Shown: positions 42,549 through 52,517, counted from the stretch's first letter. The stretch: DNA of 64,000 nt from Candidatus Bathyarchaeota archaeon (GCA_963827165.1 CAWGZR010000010.1:32001-96000), one strand, 5' to 3'. The notes: generated by a model from the letters alone, not told the origin. Program-made: numbers and translations.

Positions 42549-43538
42549 TCACATCCCGACTAATCTTTTAAGCCGCTCTTTCACTGACTCCAAATTGGAG
42601 GATGCCATTCTGTCGATCCTTGAAATTCTCATGGTTAAGCCTTCTAAGTCTTTGATTTGGTCTTCGACGACAAGTTGGAAGTAGCTAACTTTGCCTCTAA
42701 CCCGCATAAACATAAATGCGAATACAGCGGCTAAAGCTGCCATAACGACTGCAATCGGGATAAGCAAGTCTGCACTGCTTGCTGACGGTGGGGAAGCAAC
42801 GCTCAAGCCGTTTAGCATTTGGGTTGCTGCAGTTGCGAATCCTTGGCCTTCCATAACTTTGGATGCATCGATTACGTTTTGGTAGATCTGAGTGAATCCT
42901 GCGTCAACACCTGAACTCTTGTAGCCTTTGAGTGTGTTTTCCTTCTGATTGAGGACATTTAGGTAATTGTCTATGTTAGCGTCTGTGATGTTGACGCTGA
43001 CTTGGTCAAGGGCTGCCCCGCTCGGGTCTTGTAGAACAATTAAGTTAAGTGGGGTTGGAATGTCCAATGTTACACCGTTTGGACCAGTTTGTGACACTGA
43101 CCCTGACGGAACAAGTCCATAACAGGTGATTTGGAGGGTACCTTGGTTCTCTGGGAACGATATGGTTTTTGAGTTGGGGTCAAAGTTGCCTAAATTGTAG
43201 TTTGTTGAGTCAAGCTCCCAATACATGTTGCCTTGCAACGCTGAGTGGTCAAGACTAGTTGTTAATGACAGGCTCGTAGATGGGTTACTTTGGCTGATGT
43301 CAATGGTTGCAGTGACAGATAACTCGTCGCCTTCAAGTACGTATCCGTTTTGGTTTGAAGCTGTGTCTATGATTGTTGCTCCATTGTTAGCATTTTTCAC
43401 ATTGTACGATGTGATCCATTGCCCAGATGTTTGTTGGGTGCTCGTTTGAGCGTTAACATTCATAACTGAAACTGAAGTAAGATAGACTGCTGTTAATACT
43501 AAAATGAGACTTAAGGCTAGAATTTTCTTATTCAACAT
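42549..43538 (-). CDS. Exported, C-terminally membrane-anchored protein with a cytoplasmic coiled-coil tail
   Basis: Signal peptide (VNA), S/T/N-rich beta region, TM, tail EDQIKDLEGLTMRISRID...LESVKERLKRL. Confidence 0.8.
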   Translation of the reverse strand: MLNKKILALSLILVLTAVYLTSVSVMNVNAQTSTQQTSGQWITSYNVKNANNGATIIDTASNQNGYVLEGDELSVTATIDISQSNPSTSLSLTTSLDHSALQGNMYWELDSTNYNLGNFDPNSKTISFPENQGTLQITCYGLVPSGSVSQTGPNGVTLDIPTPLNLIVLQDPSGAALDQVSVNITDANIDNYLNVLNQKENTLKGYKSSGVDAGFTQIYQNVIDASKVMEGQGFATAATQMLNGLSVASPPSASSADLLIPIAVVMAALAAVFAFMFMRVRGKVSYFQLVVEDQIKDLEGLTMRISRIDRMASSNLESVKERLKRLVGM

Positions 43539-43754
43539 TATCCCCCATATTTTTACTCCATGTTTTCTATTGGTTGCCGCATATAACTCTTGTGCTAGTC
43601 ACTCGTTTGCTATGCTTTCAAGCTCTAAACCTACCTGAAAGCCTTTTTCCAATGAAAATTGATCTTCTCTAAATTAAAAAGACCATTCGACCCCAAAATT
43701 TTACAAAGAATTAAGTGGACATGACAAAAGATAAGAGGTTACACAACTAAGCAG

Positions 43755-44706
43755 TTGATTGAGAGCGTGTCGAAGATGGAAATTGTAAATGTTCGTTTGC
43801 CTGAGAAGCTCGCTTCTGACATTGATAAACTAGCCAGCAAGCATGGTCTTAGCCGTTCAGAAGTTATGCGTCAAGCGTTAACACTGTATTTGCATCTTGT
43901 GGATAACGTTGGAACTATGCTTCGCCCAATGGTTTTTCAAGTGAAGCCTGGCCAGTTAACTTACACTCGGAGAGGAGACGTTTCAATCGTTAAGGTCCCC
44001 ACGGGGCACGCGATTGTGGCTGGTTCAACCTCGTCTGGAGCAGTGGGTCCTAAAGCAGAAGATAAAGTCAAAGTCGATGGCCGCGTGCTAGGCAAGTTTC
44101 TTGCAAGAGTCGGCTTGATGGATGTGATTGCGACGGGTGCATTCCCGATTCTTCTATCCGTTACAGCTAGGTGTCGAGAAGGAGCCGACTGGCGACGACA
44201 TTTTGGAAGGGATTAGTCGAGAAGCAAGAACCCTTGGCCTCGACCCAGATCAGGTGCTTATGGAGAACACGGAGGACAACTTTGAAACCGTGCAAACCGG
44301 TGCAGGCTTAACCGTCATCGGCTTCGCAAACGAAGATCAACTGCGGCTTGGAAAAACCTGTCCCGGAGACTTGATTGTTGCCGTTGGAAAACCCAAAGTC
44401 GGCAACGAAGTCATTTTAGCCGAAGGCAAAGGCGAAATTGCAGACCTCAAAAACATATTGCAGCTTTCACAGAAAAAATATGTCCACGACATCGCGGCAG
44501 TCGGCACGTTTGGCATCGCTGACGAAGCCAGAATGATAGCTTATGCAGTTGGCAGGCAACTCAAACTTGTGGAAGCGAAAGGCTTAGACCTCAACAAATC
44601 AGCCGGCCCAGCCACCGTAATTTTGGCTTCGATCGATAAAGAAAAACTTGAGGATTTGGTTGAGCTTATACGCAAGCCCGTCAGCGTCGTAGGCGAAATC
44701 CTGTAG
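43755..44706 (+). CDS. CopG/RHH domain fused to an AIR-synthase-related (alpha-ribazole kinase CblS-like) domain, frameshift ~44170
   Basis: VNVRLPEKL..SRSEVMRQAL; SGAVGPK.ED.VKV, FLARV.LM, TEDNFETVQTGAG.TVIG, G.PKVGNEV, DLNKSAGPAT. Confidence 0.65.
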
Positions 44707-44732
44707 AAACCCTTGTGTTCAGCAAAAACCGC

Positions 44733-45227
44733 CTATTTGGCACTCGGCTTTTGGGTTTTCTTAAGCAAGCGTCCGTTTCGATCTATTTCGCCGCGTCTGA
44801 TTCGCGTGGTGGATATGGGGCCGCAGTTTTCCGCCGGGACCATGGTTACCGCGACAATCTCCAGCGGTGCAAGCTGTGCTTTGGCGCGTATTTCATTTAT
44901 TTTGCTGGCTGCAGGTTCCGTTTCTTTACTTACAACTAAGGCTTGCAAGCCATCGCCGGAAACGGTTAAGCCGTATGGATCACTTAGAGGGACAATTTCC
45001 GCCCTATTAGCCAAACCTGATGTCTTTAAAAAATCCTGCAGTTCGCTGAATCGTTCAGCATATGAGGCGGTTACGTGAGGTTTACCCATTTTTGAAACGA
45101 ACTCGTCTGATGACAAGCCGATCACAACCCTTTCCCCAATTTCGAAAGCTTTGCTCAGCAACGATATGTGACCAATGTGCAGTTCGTCAAATGTCCCGCC
45201 CACCGCAACTTTTCTGAATCTTTTCAT
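44733..45227 (-). CDS. coaD: Archaeal phosphopantetheine adenylyltransferase
   Basis: VGGTFDELHIGH, DPYG, LVVSKET, ISTTRIRRGEID. Confidence 0.92.
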   Translation of the reverse strand: MKRFRKVAVGGTFDELHIGHISLLSKAFEIGERVVIGLSSDEFVSKMGKPHVTASYAERFSELQDFLKTSGLANRAEIVPLSDPYGLTVSGDGLQALVVSKETEPAASKINEIRAKAQLAPLEIVAVTMVPAENCGPISTTRIRRGEIDRNGRLLKKTQKPSAK

Positions 45228-46156
45228 TTTATCAGCCTAGCGCCTTGGAAATCGATTTTGCTCGTAAACACCTGTTCAGAGGGCAAAACCAGCTTAAAAG
45301 CTTCTGCCACGTCACCCGCATTTTCCTCAAGCACCAACGCATGAACCGCCTCACCCAACATATTTTGTGATGCACCAACTGCACCTGCATCTTTAGCCAG
45401 CTTGACAAGTTGCCGAACATTTTGGGTTGCAAACCCCGCGTTTTGAGAAAACTCCCAGCACCTATCAAGAAAATTACTTAAAGTAGGTTTGGCAAGAATT
45501 GCCTCCAAAGTTTTTCTGCCAAAACGGTTGATGACTTGCTTTCTTTTGGCGTCCCCTAGCACGGTTTTGGGGATGTTTGATTTTAAAAAGCCGGCTACCG
45601 CCATGTAGTCGGGCGTAATAGGGATGCGGTCAAGTTGGCAAATGCCCGGTGCACCCGGCTCCACCACCAACACGCATCCTCCTGTAAAAGTTAATGAACT
45701 CACCGTGCCCAAACCCGTTCCGCATTCGATCTCAGCAACATGAGCCGTCCTACCGATTTGATTGTATGTCAACGGCAAATCCAGCGCTTCCTTAAGTGCT
45801 AAGCCAGCTGTTAATGCTCCGCCGGCGCTGGTTCCAAAACCCGTGCCTATGGGAACCTCAATTTTATGTTCAACAGAAACGTCGTATTTCTCGGCAACGC
45901 CGCATAAAATTTTCTCAACTGTCTTTCTCGTTGTTTTTGCCTCTTCAGCAAGCTGTGAGTTGATGAAAACTTTGATATTTGGATTCTCCGCCTCTTCAAC
46001 CGTAACTTTAGTTAAGACCCCTTTTTGGAGCCCAAATCCCCCGCCCCTCGCACCAACCCTCTCCAAGTCAAGAATTGGCTTGCCGAGGTCGGTATTGTGG
46101 ACTTCAAAGAAGCTAGAAATTGCCGCTGGCGCAAATGCTTCGGCGGTTTTTTTCAC
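45224..46156 (-). CDS. Pantoate kinase (GHMP family)
   Basis: AFAPAAISSFF, GARGGG, PIGTGFGTSAGG, AHVAEIECGTGLG, SQNMLGEAV; adjacent to coaD. Confidence 0.88.
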   Translation of the reverse strand: MKKTAEAFAPAAISSFFEVHNTDLGKPILDLERVGARGGGFGLQKGVLTKVTVEEAENPNIKVFINSQLAEEAKTTRKTVEKILCGVAEKYDVSVEHKIEVPIGTGFGTSAGGALTAGLALKEALDLPLTYNQIGRTAHVAEIECGTGLGTVSSLTFTGGCVLVVEPGAPGICQLDRIPITPDYMAVAGFLKSNIPKTVLGDAKRKQVINRFGRKTLEAILAKPTLSNFLDRCWEFSQNAGFATQNVRQLVKLAKDAGAVGASQNMLGEAVHALVLEENAGDVAEAFKLVLPSEQVFTSKIDFQGARLIK

Positions 46157-46896
46157 TAAACTTCACTTTCTTTTTCGAGTTCCCTTCTCTTTGAGAGTGT
46201 TGGAAAGGCTCTATTGATTGCGGTGATGATGGGGGGTCCAAGGATCAGTATGAAGGGGATTTCGGTGAAGAAAGTAAAGAAGAACGTCGCCAACGCAACT
46301 GGTGTCGTGAATGGCGTAGCGGCTGGCGTGAAGAATTGACTGAAAACTGGCACAGTTACACCGATGATGCCAGCGCCAAGTAACATGCCGACGATTGAGC
46401 CTACTTCGAAGCTTCGCCATTTCGAGTTTCTTAAAAACACCACTGGAACCAGAAATATGATGTAACTTGCAACTGCAACGCTTATGAAGGCTGTTTTAGC
46501 CCAGAAAGCAAGTCCAGTGTATTCGTAACCAATCCAGATGAATACGGCGGTAGCCACCCCGTATGCTGCCACGGGGGTTGCCCAACGAATTTTCTTTTTT
46601 GCGATATACCCGATTAAGAAGAAAGCCACAAAGTTGCTTGTTACTCCCGCCATGAGACTAAGCAGCAGGTTGCCTCCGAAGATAGCATCGCTTATGAAGA
46701 TGCCGACTGCCGCGCCGATTCCTCCAACGAGCGGACCGAAAACGACTGCGAAGACCGCTGGAACAATAACTGGCGGCCAGAATCTAACTCCACCATAAGA
46801 AATTGGGATTAAACTGAAGAAAATATAGCCGACCGCAACATACAATGCTATGTTTAAAGCTAACCCTGCAACATCAATCGCTTTAAGTTTTAACAT
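46156..46896 (-). CDS. ECF transporter S component (possibly for a CoA precursor)
   Basis: VRFWP..IVPAVFAVVFGP..GGIGAAVG.FISD; co-oriented with CoA genes. Confidence 0.75.
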   Translation of the reverse strand: MLKLKAIDVAGLALNIALYVAVGYIFFSLIPISYGGVRFWPPVIVPAVFAVVFGPLVGGIGAAVGIFISDAIFGGNLLLSLMAGVTSNFVAFFLIGYIAKKKIRWATPVAAYGVATAVFIWIGYEYTGLAFWAKTAFISVAVASYIIFLVPVVFLRNSKWRSFEVGSIVGMLLGAGIIGVTVPVFSQFFTPAATPFTTPVALATFFFTFFTEIPFILILGPPIITAINRAFPTLSKRRELEKESEV

Positions 46897-47080
46897 CTTA
46901 ACTTTTGCCTTTCCATTGAGATGGTTGTTGAACCTGTTGAGAGTTTCTTTTTGCAGATAAAACTTTCCTATGAATTGTTTAAACAAGTTTAAACTTTTTC
47001 GGGGCTGTTACTTGGTTGTTTCTTTTTGAGGCAAAATGCTGTCGCCAAGAGAATTGACGTCAAAACAAACCTATTAAGTA

Positions 47081-47650
47081 TTATTGGTGATTTGTTAACC
47101 AAATAGGTTTTTGGTCAACCATTTCTCTCATTGATGGCAAGGGACAGGGCAGATCTAAAGCTGAAAAAACGCTCTCCTCAGTTTCTCCAGCCACTGCCAC
47201 GTCATCTTTTATCAGTCCTACGCTGTACTTTAGTCTGTACCCTTTTGTTATGGCGTAGCCTGCAAGCCACATGTTGTGGTCTGCTGATCCCGTCCGAATG
47301 AGCTCTTGTATGCCGAAAGTTTTCGGTATTGCTCGGTAAAAATCAACTTGAAAAAGGCTATCCTCAAATGGATAGTTAATTTTCGTCAAACTTGGACCAG
47401 AGCAAATGACTTTGGATTTTCTTAGCGTCGGAACAATTTTTGCCCAGTTACTATCCGTTGCTAACACGACAAAGTCGCAGTCGCCAATCAGTGGCTTTTT
47501 TCGTCTAATGCTTCCCACAATTTTCAGTTTAATGCATAAAGGCTTGATTGCTTCTTCAACTTGAAGGGCAACTCTCTCTGCCTTTGTGTATTCGAGCGAA
47601 GTCAAAATCGCTTGATCATCATCTGAACCAAACAATTTAGCTTGCTTCAT
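47081..47650 (-). CDS. Minimal family X DNA polymerase (palm+thumb only)
   Basis: VGSIRR, GDCDFV, QVDFY, TGSADHN, KGYRL, EESVFSALDLP.P.P.MRE. Confidence 0.85.
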   Translation of the reverse strand: MKQAKLFGSDDDQAILTSLEYTKAERVALQVEEAIKPLCIKLKIVGSIRRKKPLIGDCDFVVLATDSNWAKIVPTLRKSKVICSGPSLTKINYPFEDSLFQVDFYRAIPKTFGIQELIRTGSADHNMWLAGYAITKGYRLKYSVGLIKDDVAVAGETEESVFSALDLPCPLPSMREMVDQKPIWLTNHQ

Positions 47651-47781
47651 GCTTTGCCCTTACCTTATTGTAAACGGCTGGGTTTTAAAGCATATCTAAG
47701 CCGTTTAAAAAGCAAACTGAGAAACAACAATAAGCAATAGTAGTGAGAGGGGGTGAAAGTGAAGCTCGGTTACGTCGAGGG

Positions 47782-48060
47782 TTATACGGGTTCAAGCGTT
47801 ACTTCAACGATGCAACCCGGTAGATTTGCTCTTTCATCTTGCCAGACTGATAAGATTTCTTTTGGGATTGATATGCGTCCGGCTTTTTCCATTTTTGCGT
47901 AGTAGAATTGCCAGCCTTTGAATTTGTCTGGGATGCTGAAGCCGACTTTTATGGTTTGGTGTGATTCTAGTTTGAATTCGACAATGATTAGTTTTGGAAT
48001 TTGTATTCGCTCATGTTTCTGGAGTGATGCTTTGAAGGCTACTTTTCGTGTTAGCGGCAT
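47782..48060 (-). CDS. Tandem AbrB/SpoVT (MraZ-like) protein, paralog B
   Basis: MPLTRKVAFKASLQKHERIQIPK...AGRISIPK...VTLEPV, 92 aa from ATG 48060. Confidence 0.75.
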   Translation of the reverse strand: MPLTRKVAFKASLQKHERIQIPKLIIVEFKLESHQTIKVGFSIPDKFKGWQFYYAKMEKAGRISIPKEILSVWQDERANLPGCIVEVTLEPV

Positions 48061-48100
48061 GTTTTTTCGCCCGCTTTTATCTTGGGCGTGTCCAATATAT

Positions 48101-48745
48101 AAAGTGTATAATATTGTATTAATGTGTACAGACGCGTATGGACGTGTCTGAAAGTGTATGAAAGTGTATAATATTGTCTTTTTTAGACTCAACCTGCAAA
48201 CAATTCAAGCCCTATACCAAAAAACCATTCTAAAACACAATGGAAAAAAATCTTGTCCAGAAACCATCGGCTTGCCCTTCTGTAGGCTTCTGTCTTGAAA
48301 TTTTCAAGCGATTATTCTAGCTATTATAGCTTAATCTAGCGCATTTTAGCTTTTTTTAGCTTAAAATAGCTTATTTTAGCGCACAGTTGCAATCTATCCA
48401 AGCCCCATTTCAAAAAAGCAGCCCAAAACACAAACAAAAAATTTCTGAACCAAAAAATCGTGAAGACGCCGCCAAATAGAACTTTGCTCGCTTTCTTTGA
48501 TTTCTATGAGCAATTGACGGGTTTTGACTTTTAGGTTATTTTAGATTTTTAGGTTCCTTTCAGGTTTTGCTAAGTGGACTTTAGTGAACGGTAATGGACG
48601 GTAAAGAACGGTAGGGGACGGTAAAAGACGGTAAAGGACGGCAAGGGACGGTAATGGACTTTAAAGGACGGTAAAGGACGCAACCTGCAGAGAATTCAAG
48701 CCCCAAACCAAAAAAGCAACCCATTTCACAAAAGAAAAAAATTCA
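48101..48745 (-). repeat. Three stacked motif + 10-bp array units (B, C, D)
   Basis: Arrays 48101-48180 (AAAGTGTATR), ~48313-48380 (TTATTTTAGC), 48571-48680 (GTAAAGGACG, 11 units); motifs 48191-48250, 48386-48448, 48682-48745. Confidence 0.88.
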
Positions 48746-48903
48746 AAGCTTTCAGTTTTCTACCTTCCAAGTACTCTCATTGTCAACAAAAGAAAGTCAC
48801 AAGTGGTCGCCCAGGCCCGCTTGCATTCGTAAAACACTCCCTATTGTCCCGGTCGGCGAGGGTGCTTCAAAAATTGGAATCGACTAAGACAGAAAGGAGT
48901 TCT

Positions 48904-48979
48904 TGGTAGCCCGGGAGAGACTCGAACTCTCGTCAAGGGCTCCAGAGGCCCCTATGCTTGACCGCTACACCACCGGGCT
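48904..48979 (-). tRNA. tRNA-Gln(CTG)
   Basis: AGCCCGG/CCGGGCT acceptor stem, GGGGC-CT-CTG-GA-GCCCT anticodon arm, TTCGAGT T-loop, encoded CCA. Confidence 0.95.
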
Positions 48980-49016
48980 TTAAGCACAACACAAACGTGG
49001 TTCACAATATTTAACT

Positions 49017-49241
49017 TTAATGTTGTGTTGCGTCGCCGTTATTCTTGGCCCTCAAGGCTTCTCGAACGCAGTAGCATTCTTGGCTAACCCTATTGTAGCT
49101 CTCGCAACGCCATAGCGTGTCAACGATCGCGCTTTTGTTTTGGCCATAACGGGTCGAACAAAAAACCTTCGTGGGGTAATCGTAACTGTTGTGGCTATCA
49201 CAGTTGCCGCAGTGTTCGTCGCCATCTGAATTTTGAACCAT
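49017..49241 (-). CDS. Small Cys-rich protein
   Basis: CGNCDSH...FCS...WRC...ECYC; immediately downstream of the DHS gene. Confidence 0.55.
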   Translation of the reverse strand: MVQNSDGDEHCGNCDSHNSYDYPTKVFCSTRYGQNKSAIVDTLWRCESYNRVSQECYCVREALRAKNNGDATQH

Positions 49242-49245
49242 CTCT

Positions 49246-50319
49246 TTAGCTTCCTTTTACAGCTGTTTTTTCAAACTGCGGAGGGGGCATTCGATTAAAG
49301 TTATCGCCCAAACGCTCAGTAGCACAGGCAACAAGAATCGGGAAAATCATTAGCGCCTCGCCGATGACCATGACGTGGGCGGCTTCACCCTTCATTTTTC
49401 CCCAACTCACCGTTTCCTCTAAAGTTGAACCCGACAAACCGCCTGTTTCAGGCCTATCTAACGTTATGACGATGCCGTAGTCCAAGCCTTTCTTAGACGC
49501 CACGGCAGAAGATTGGATCGTGTTACGCGGCACACCGCCGCCTATAACTATCATCCCGTTTTTAGGCGACTTGCTACAGATCCCGCAGATTGTCGGCACA
49601 TCCTTAAAAGCATCCAACTGCAACACAGGTTTTGGTTTGTCCTGCGCGGCGTGAAGCCAATGGATAAACCCGAATTCTGAGTCTCTAACGGAGGGCAAGA
49701 AAACTGGCACGTTCTCCTCGTACGCCGCTCGAAGAATAGAGTTTTCATCTGTGAGGCGCTTGCCTATTTCAAAGGTAAACTCGTTGGAAGCTAAACTTTC
49801 GCCTTTACGTTCACGGGCGATGTCATCATAGATGTCTGACATTTTTACGTCCAATCGAACGTAATCCTCTTCAGGGACAAGGATGTCGTAGATCCGAAAA
49901 AGATGATACTTGTAGAGTTCCGTGTCGTTGGCTGTCCAGCTAGCTTTGTAGTGGTGACCGCCGACGGCTTCGATGGCGTCATGAACCATGCATGCGCCTG
50001 TGCTAACTATCACATCGACCAAATGTTTCCTTATCAAATCTTTAACAAGTGTACGCATTCCTGCGGGAACAACGGCGCCTGAAAGCGCCAAGAAGATGGT
50101 GCAGTCTTTGTCCCTGAGCATTTTCTCGTAGATGTCGCACGCCGTCGCCAATCTGCCAGCCCCAAGTGAACCTGATTTCTTGAATTGCTGCATCAGCTGG
50201 TCGACGGTTTGAACGCCGACTACTTTTATGTGCTCAACTGGATTTTGCAGGTAATCTTTCCGATCCATCCAAGCTGCATCCATTGTAAGTTGTTTGTGGA
50301 TATGGAGTATCCTTTTCAT
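49246..50319 (-). CDS. dys: Deoxyhypusine synthase family protein
   Basis: LALSGAVVPAG, VSTGACMVHD, DSE, IGGGVPRN, GGLSGSTLEETVSWGK. Confidence 0.9.
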   Translation of the reverse strand: MKRILHIHKQLTMDAAWMDRKDYLQNPVEHIKVVGVQTVDQLMQQFKKSGSLGAGRLATACDIYEKMLRDKDCTIFLALSGAVVPAGMRTLVKDLIRKHLVDVIVSTGACMVHDAIEAVGGHHYKASWTANDTELYKYHLFRIYDILVPEEDYVRLDVKMSDIYDDIARERKGESLASNEFTFEIGKRLTDENSILRAAYEENVPVFLPSVRDSEFGFIHWLHAAQDKPKPVLQLDAFKDVPTICGICSKSPKNGMIVIGGGVPRNTIQSSAVASKKGLDYGIVITLDRPETGGLSGSTLEETVSWGKMKGEAAHVMVIGEALMIFPILVACATERLGDNFNRMPPPQFEKTAVKGS

Positions 50320-50490
50320 ATTTAAAGTTGAATTAAGATGCGGGATGAAGTATCATCGAACTAAAATTGGCAATTTCCAATTTGATCCTTTATTTTTTCA
50401 AGCCCGTTTAGTGTCAGTGGCTTCAAGAAAAACTGAAACTTGGAAGAATAAAATAAACTAAAGAAAAACACGCGAAAAAAAAGGTTAGTT

Positions 50491-50967
50491 TCAGAGCCTT
50501 TTAGTCATTACATAAGCGTCTTCGCCGTCTGAGTAGTACCCGTTTAATGTTCGGGTAACTTCAAACCCAAGCTTCTTGTAAAGAGAAATTGCGGCCTCGT
50601 TGGTGACTCTGACTTCGAGGAAGCATTGTTTTGCCTTGTAGTATGCCATGCCTTCCATAGCCTTGTTGATGAGCGCTTTAGCGACTCCTTTTCGCCTGTG
50701 CTGTGGCATAACTGCGATGGATACCACGTGTCCCTTGCGAATCAAGCCGCCGAAACCGTAATTTGACAAGCCGACTTCTATGCGGCACATGATGTAACCG
50801 TCCATTTCGCTGTTTTCTTCCGCCACAATGAAGGTTTCTGGGAACCTTTGGTGCAAGTCGATGAAGAAGAAGTCTGTGTAGTTTTCTGGCAAACATACAC
50901 GGTTTACCTGCATTACATTCTGCAGATCGTCAGGAATAAATTTGCGGAGCTTGAATGTCTGCTGCAT
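50491..50967 (-). CDS. rimI: N-terminal acetyltransferase (Ard1/RimI)
   Basis: CLPENY, GHVVSIAV..RRKGVA, LEVRVTNEAAISLY, YYSDGEDAYVM. Confidence 0.92.
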   Translation of the reverse strand: MQQTFKLRKFIPDDLQNVMQVNRVCLPENYTDFFFIDLHQRFPETFIVAEENSEMDGYIMCRIEVGLSNYGFGGLIRKGHVVSIAVMPQHRRKGVAKALINKAMEGMAYYKAKQCFLEVRVTNEAAISLYKKLGFEVTRTLNGYYSDGEDAYVMTKRL

Positions 50968-51067
50968 TATTACGCGTCCTTAAAGGAGATTTCACCGTTC
51001 AAACTTAAATGTTACGCTTATTCCCGCTTTAACAATCACCAACGCAGTTTTCGACAAAAATACGAAC

Positions 51068-52357
51068 TTAAGCTTTAGTTTCTTCAGGGGACTTAAACAC
51101 TGGGAAAGTGTACCTGCCTTGAGGTACCGCCCAAACTCTTGAAGCGGAGCCTGCAATCTTGAATGCTTCAGCCAACGCATCGTTTACTGCACGCGCGGTC
51201 TTTAGCTTGAATATGCTTGTGGCATAATAGTCGGGCAGCGAAGAAACCAGTATTATCTGGTGATTTTGCAGAGCTTTTAAGAGGTAATATGCTTGGTGTC
51301 CGCCCATGACGAAGTTGCGTTTGATTTCGCGCTCCACATTTTTGAGGTCGCCTAAACGGGTCATCCAATCGTAAAACGCTTGGTTCCCATGCCCTTCAGG
51401 ACACTCCGCCACCAGAATAATGACGCCGCCCCGTTTCACAGCGTCCAAAACGTTGTCCAACGCTTTGTAAGCTTGATAAAGATCCGCATCCCCCGGGGAC
51501 CCACCAGCACTCACTACGAGAATCTCAGCTCTGCGATCCACTTCAACGAGGTACATATCATCCACAAGTTTAACGGCTTCCAAGAACGCTTGCTCCAAGT
51601 CGCCGGCGAAAGCTTCTACAATTTCGCCCTTCTTGTTTGTAACGACGTTAACGATAAAATCAACTTTGGCAAGTTGAGCTGCTTCAGTCATATCCCGATG
51701 CACTGGGTTGTCTTCCAAGTTTCCCGTTCGAGAATTTGCATGCAACAGCATCGAATGGTTTTGCTTGATGGTTTCTTCGCCGCACACTGCGGGCAGAACG
51801 CTTTTTCTTCCGCCGCCATACCCAGCGTAATAGTGAAAGCCGACATCGCCCAAAAGCACTCGTACATCTGCATCTGCAAAGACACGGTTAACCATAATTT
51901 TATTGCCATGTGTCTTTGTTGTGCCAACATTCACCAAATCGGCCGCTCGACAGTCATGGCTCACAACTTTAACCCGTTTCAAAGCGTCCGCACCAATCAG
52001 AGCTTCGGCTTCCTCAGGTTTAACCGCTCGGTGAGTGCCGCAACCAAAAATAACCGTGACATTTTCGTCTTTGACCCCTGCGATGCTCAACTCGGCGAGC
52101 ACGGGCAGAAGCATCGTTTCGGTTGGCGTTTTGCGGGTTACATCATCAACAACGATTGCGACTTTGCTTTCAGGTTTGGCGATTTCGCTAAGCCGCATTG
52201 AACCAACTGGAATGGTCTCTTTGAGGGCTCGTTCAACTTCTGCTTTCGCGTCGGCTACTCCTTGTCGGTCAGCGGGTTCAATTGTGCCAAGCAGGTTTCG
52301 GGCTGGAACTCGGACGCAAACGTCGGTTTTTCCGTAGGGAAGCCAAACATCAACCAT
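51068..52357 (-). CDS. larA: Nickel-dependent lactate racemase family protein
   Basis: VVDDVTRKTP, GTHR, HYYAGYGGGRKS, DLYQAYK, AECPEGHG. Confidence 0.9.
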   Translation of the reverse strand: MVDVWLPYGKTDVCVRVPARNLLGTIEPADRQGVADAKAEVERALKETIPVGSMRLSEIAKPESKVAIVVDDVTRKTPTETMLLPVLAELSIAGVKDENVTVIFGCGTHRAVKPEEAEALIGADALKRVKVVSHDCRAADLVNVGTTKTHGNKIMVNRVFADADVRVLLGDVGFHYYAGYGGGRKSVLPAVCGEETIKQNHSMLLHANSRTGNLEDNPVHRDMTEAAQLAKVDFIVNVVTNKKGEIVEAFAGDLEQAFLEAVKLVDDMYLVEVDRRAEILVVSAGGSPGDADLYQAYKALDNVLDAVKRGGVIILVAECPEGHGNQAFYDWMTRLGDLKNVEREIKRNFVMGGHQAYYLLKALQNHQIILVSSLPDYYATSIFKLKTARAVNDALAEAFKIAGSASRVWAVPQGRYTFPVFKSPEETKA

Positions 52358-52517
52358 GACTGGTCACGTATTGGAATGTACTCAACCTAGGAGCTTTTAA
52401 GCCTTATCAAAACATGCGTGAAGAAAAACGAATGCGATTTTGCTAAATGAATTTATTAGGGTTCTAATGCAACAGTAGTGTTAAATCGGATTGGGAATCT
52501 TTCGGCTGGGAAACTGA

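Noticed and set aside
361-44706. Programmed frameshifting in LOG, resolvase, MCP, hsdR, PRTase, CblS-like and other genes
   Set aside because: Indels are scattered across unrelated genes, which is typical of unpolished long-read sequence
48101-48745. CRISPR array
   Set aside because: Constant parts are ~60 bp and degenerate, the intervening DNA is itself tandemly repetitive, and no cas genes are present
51380-52201. Long antisense ORF (273 aa) and similar shadow ORFs in the track
   Set aside because: They overlap well-supported genes on the opposite strand and show no recognisable motifs
52360-52517. Replication origin (ORB boxes) upstream of cdc6
   Set aside because: Short intergenic region with no repeated TTCCA..GGAAA or G-string elements visible
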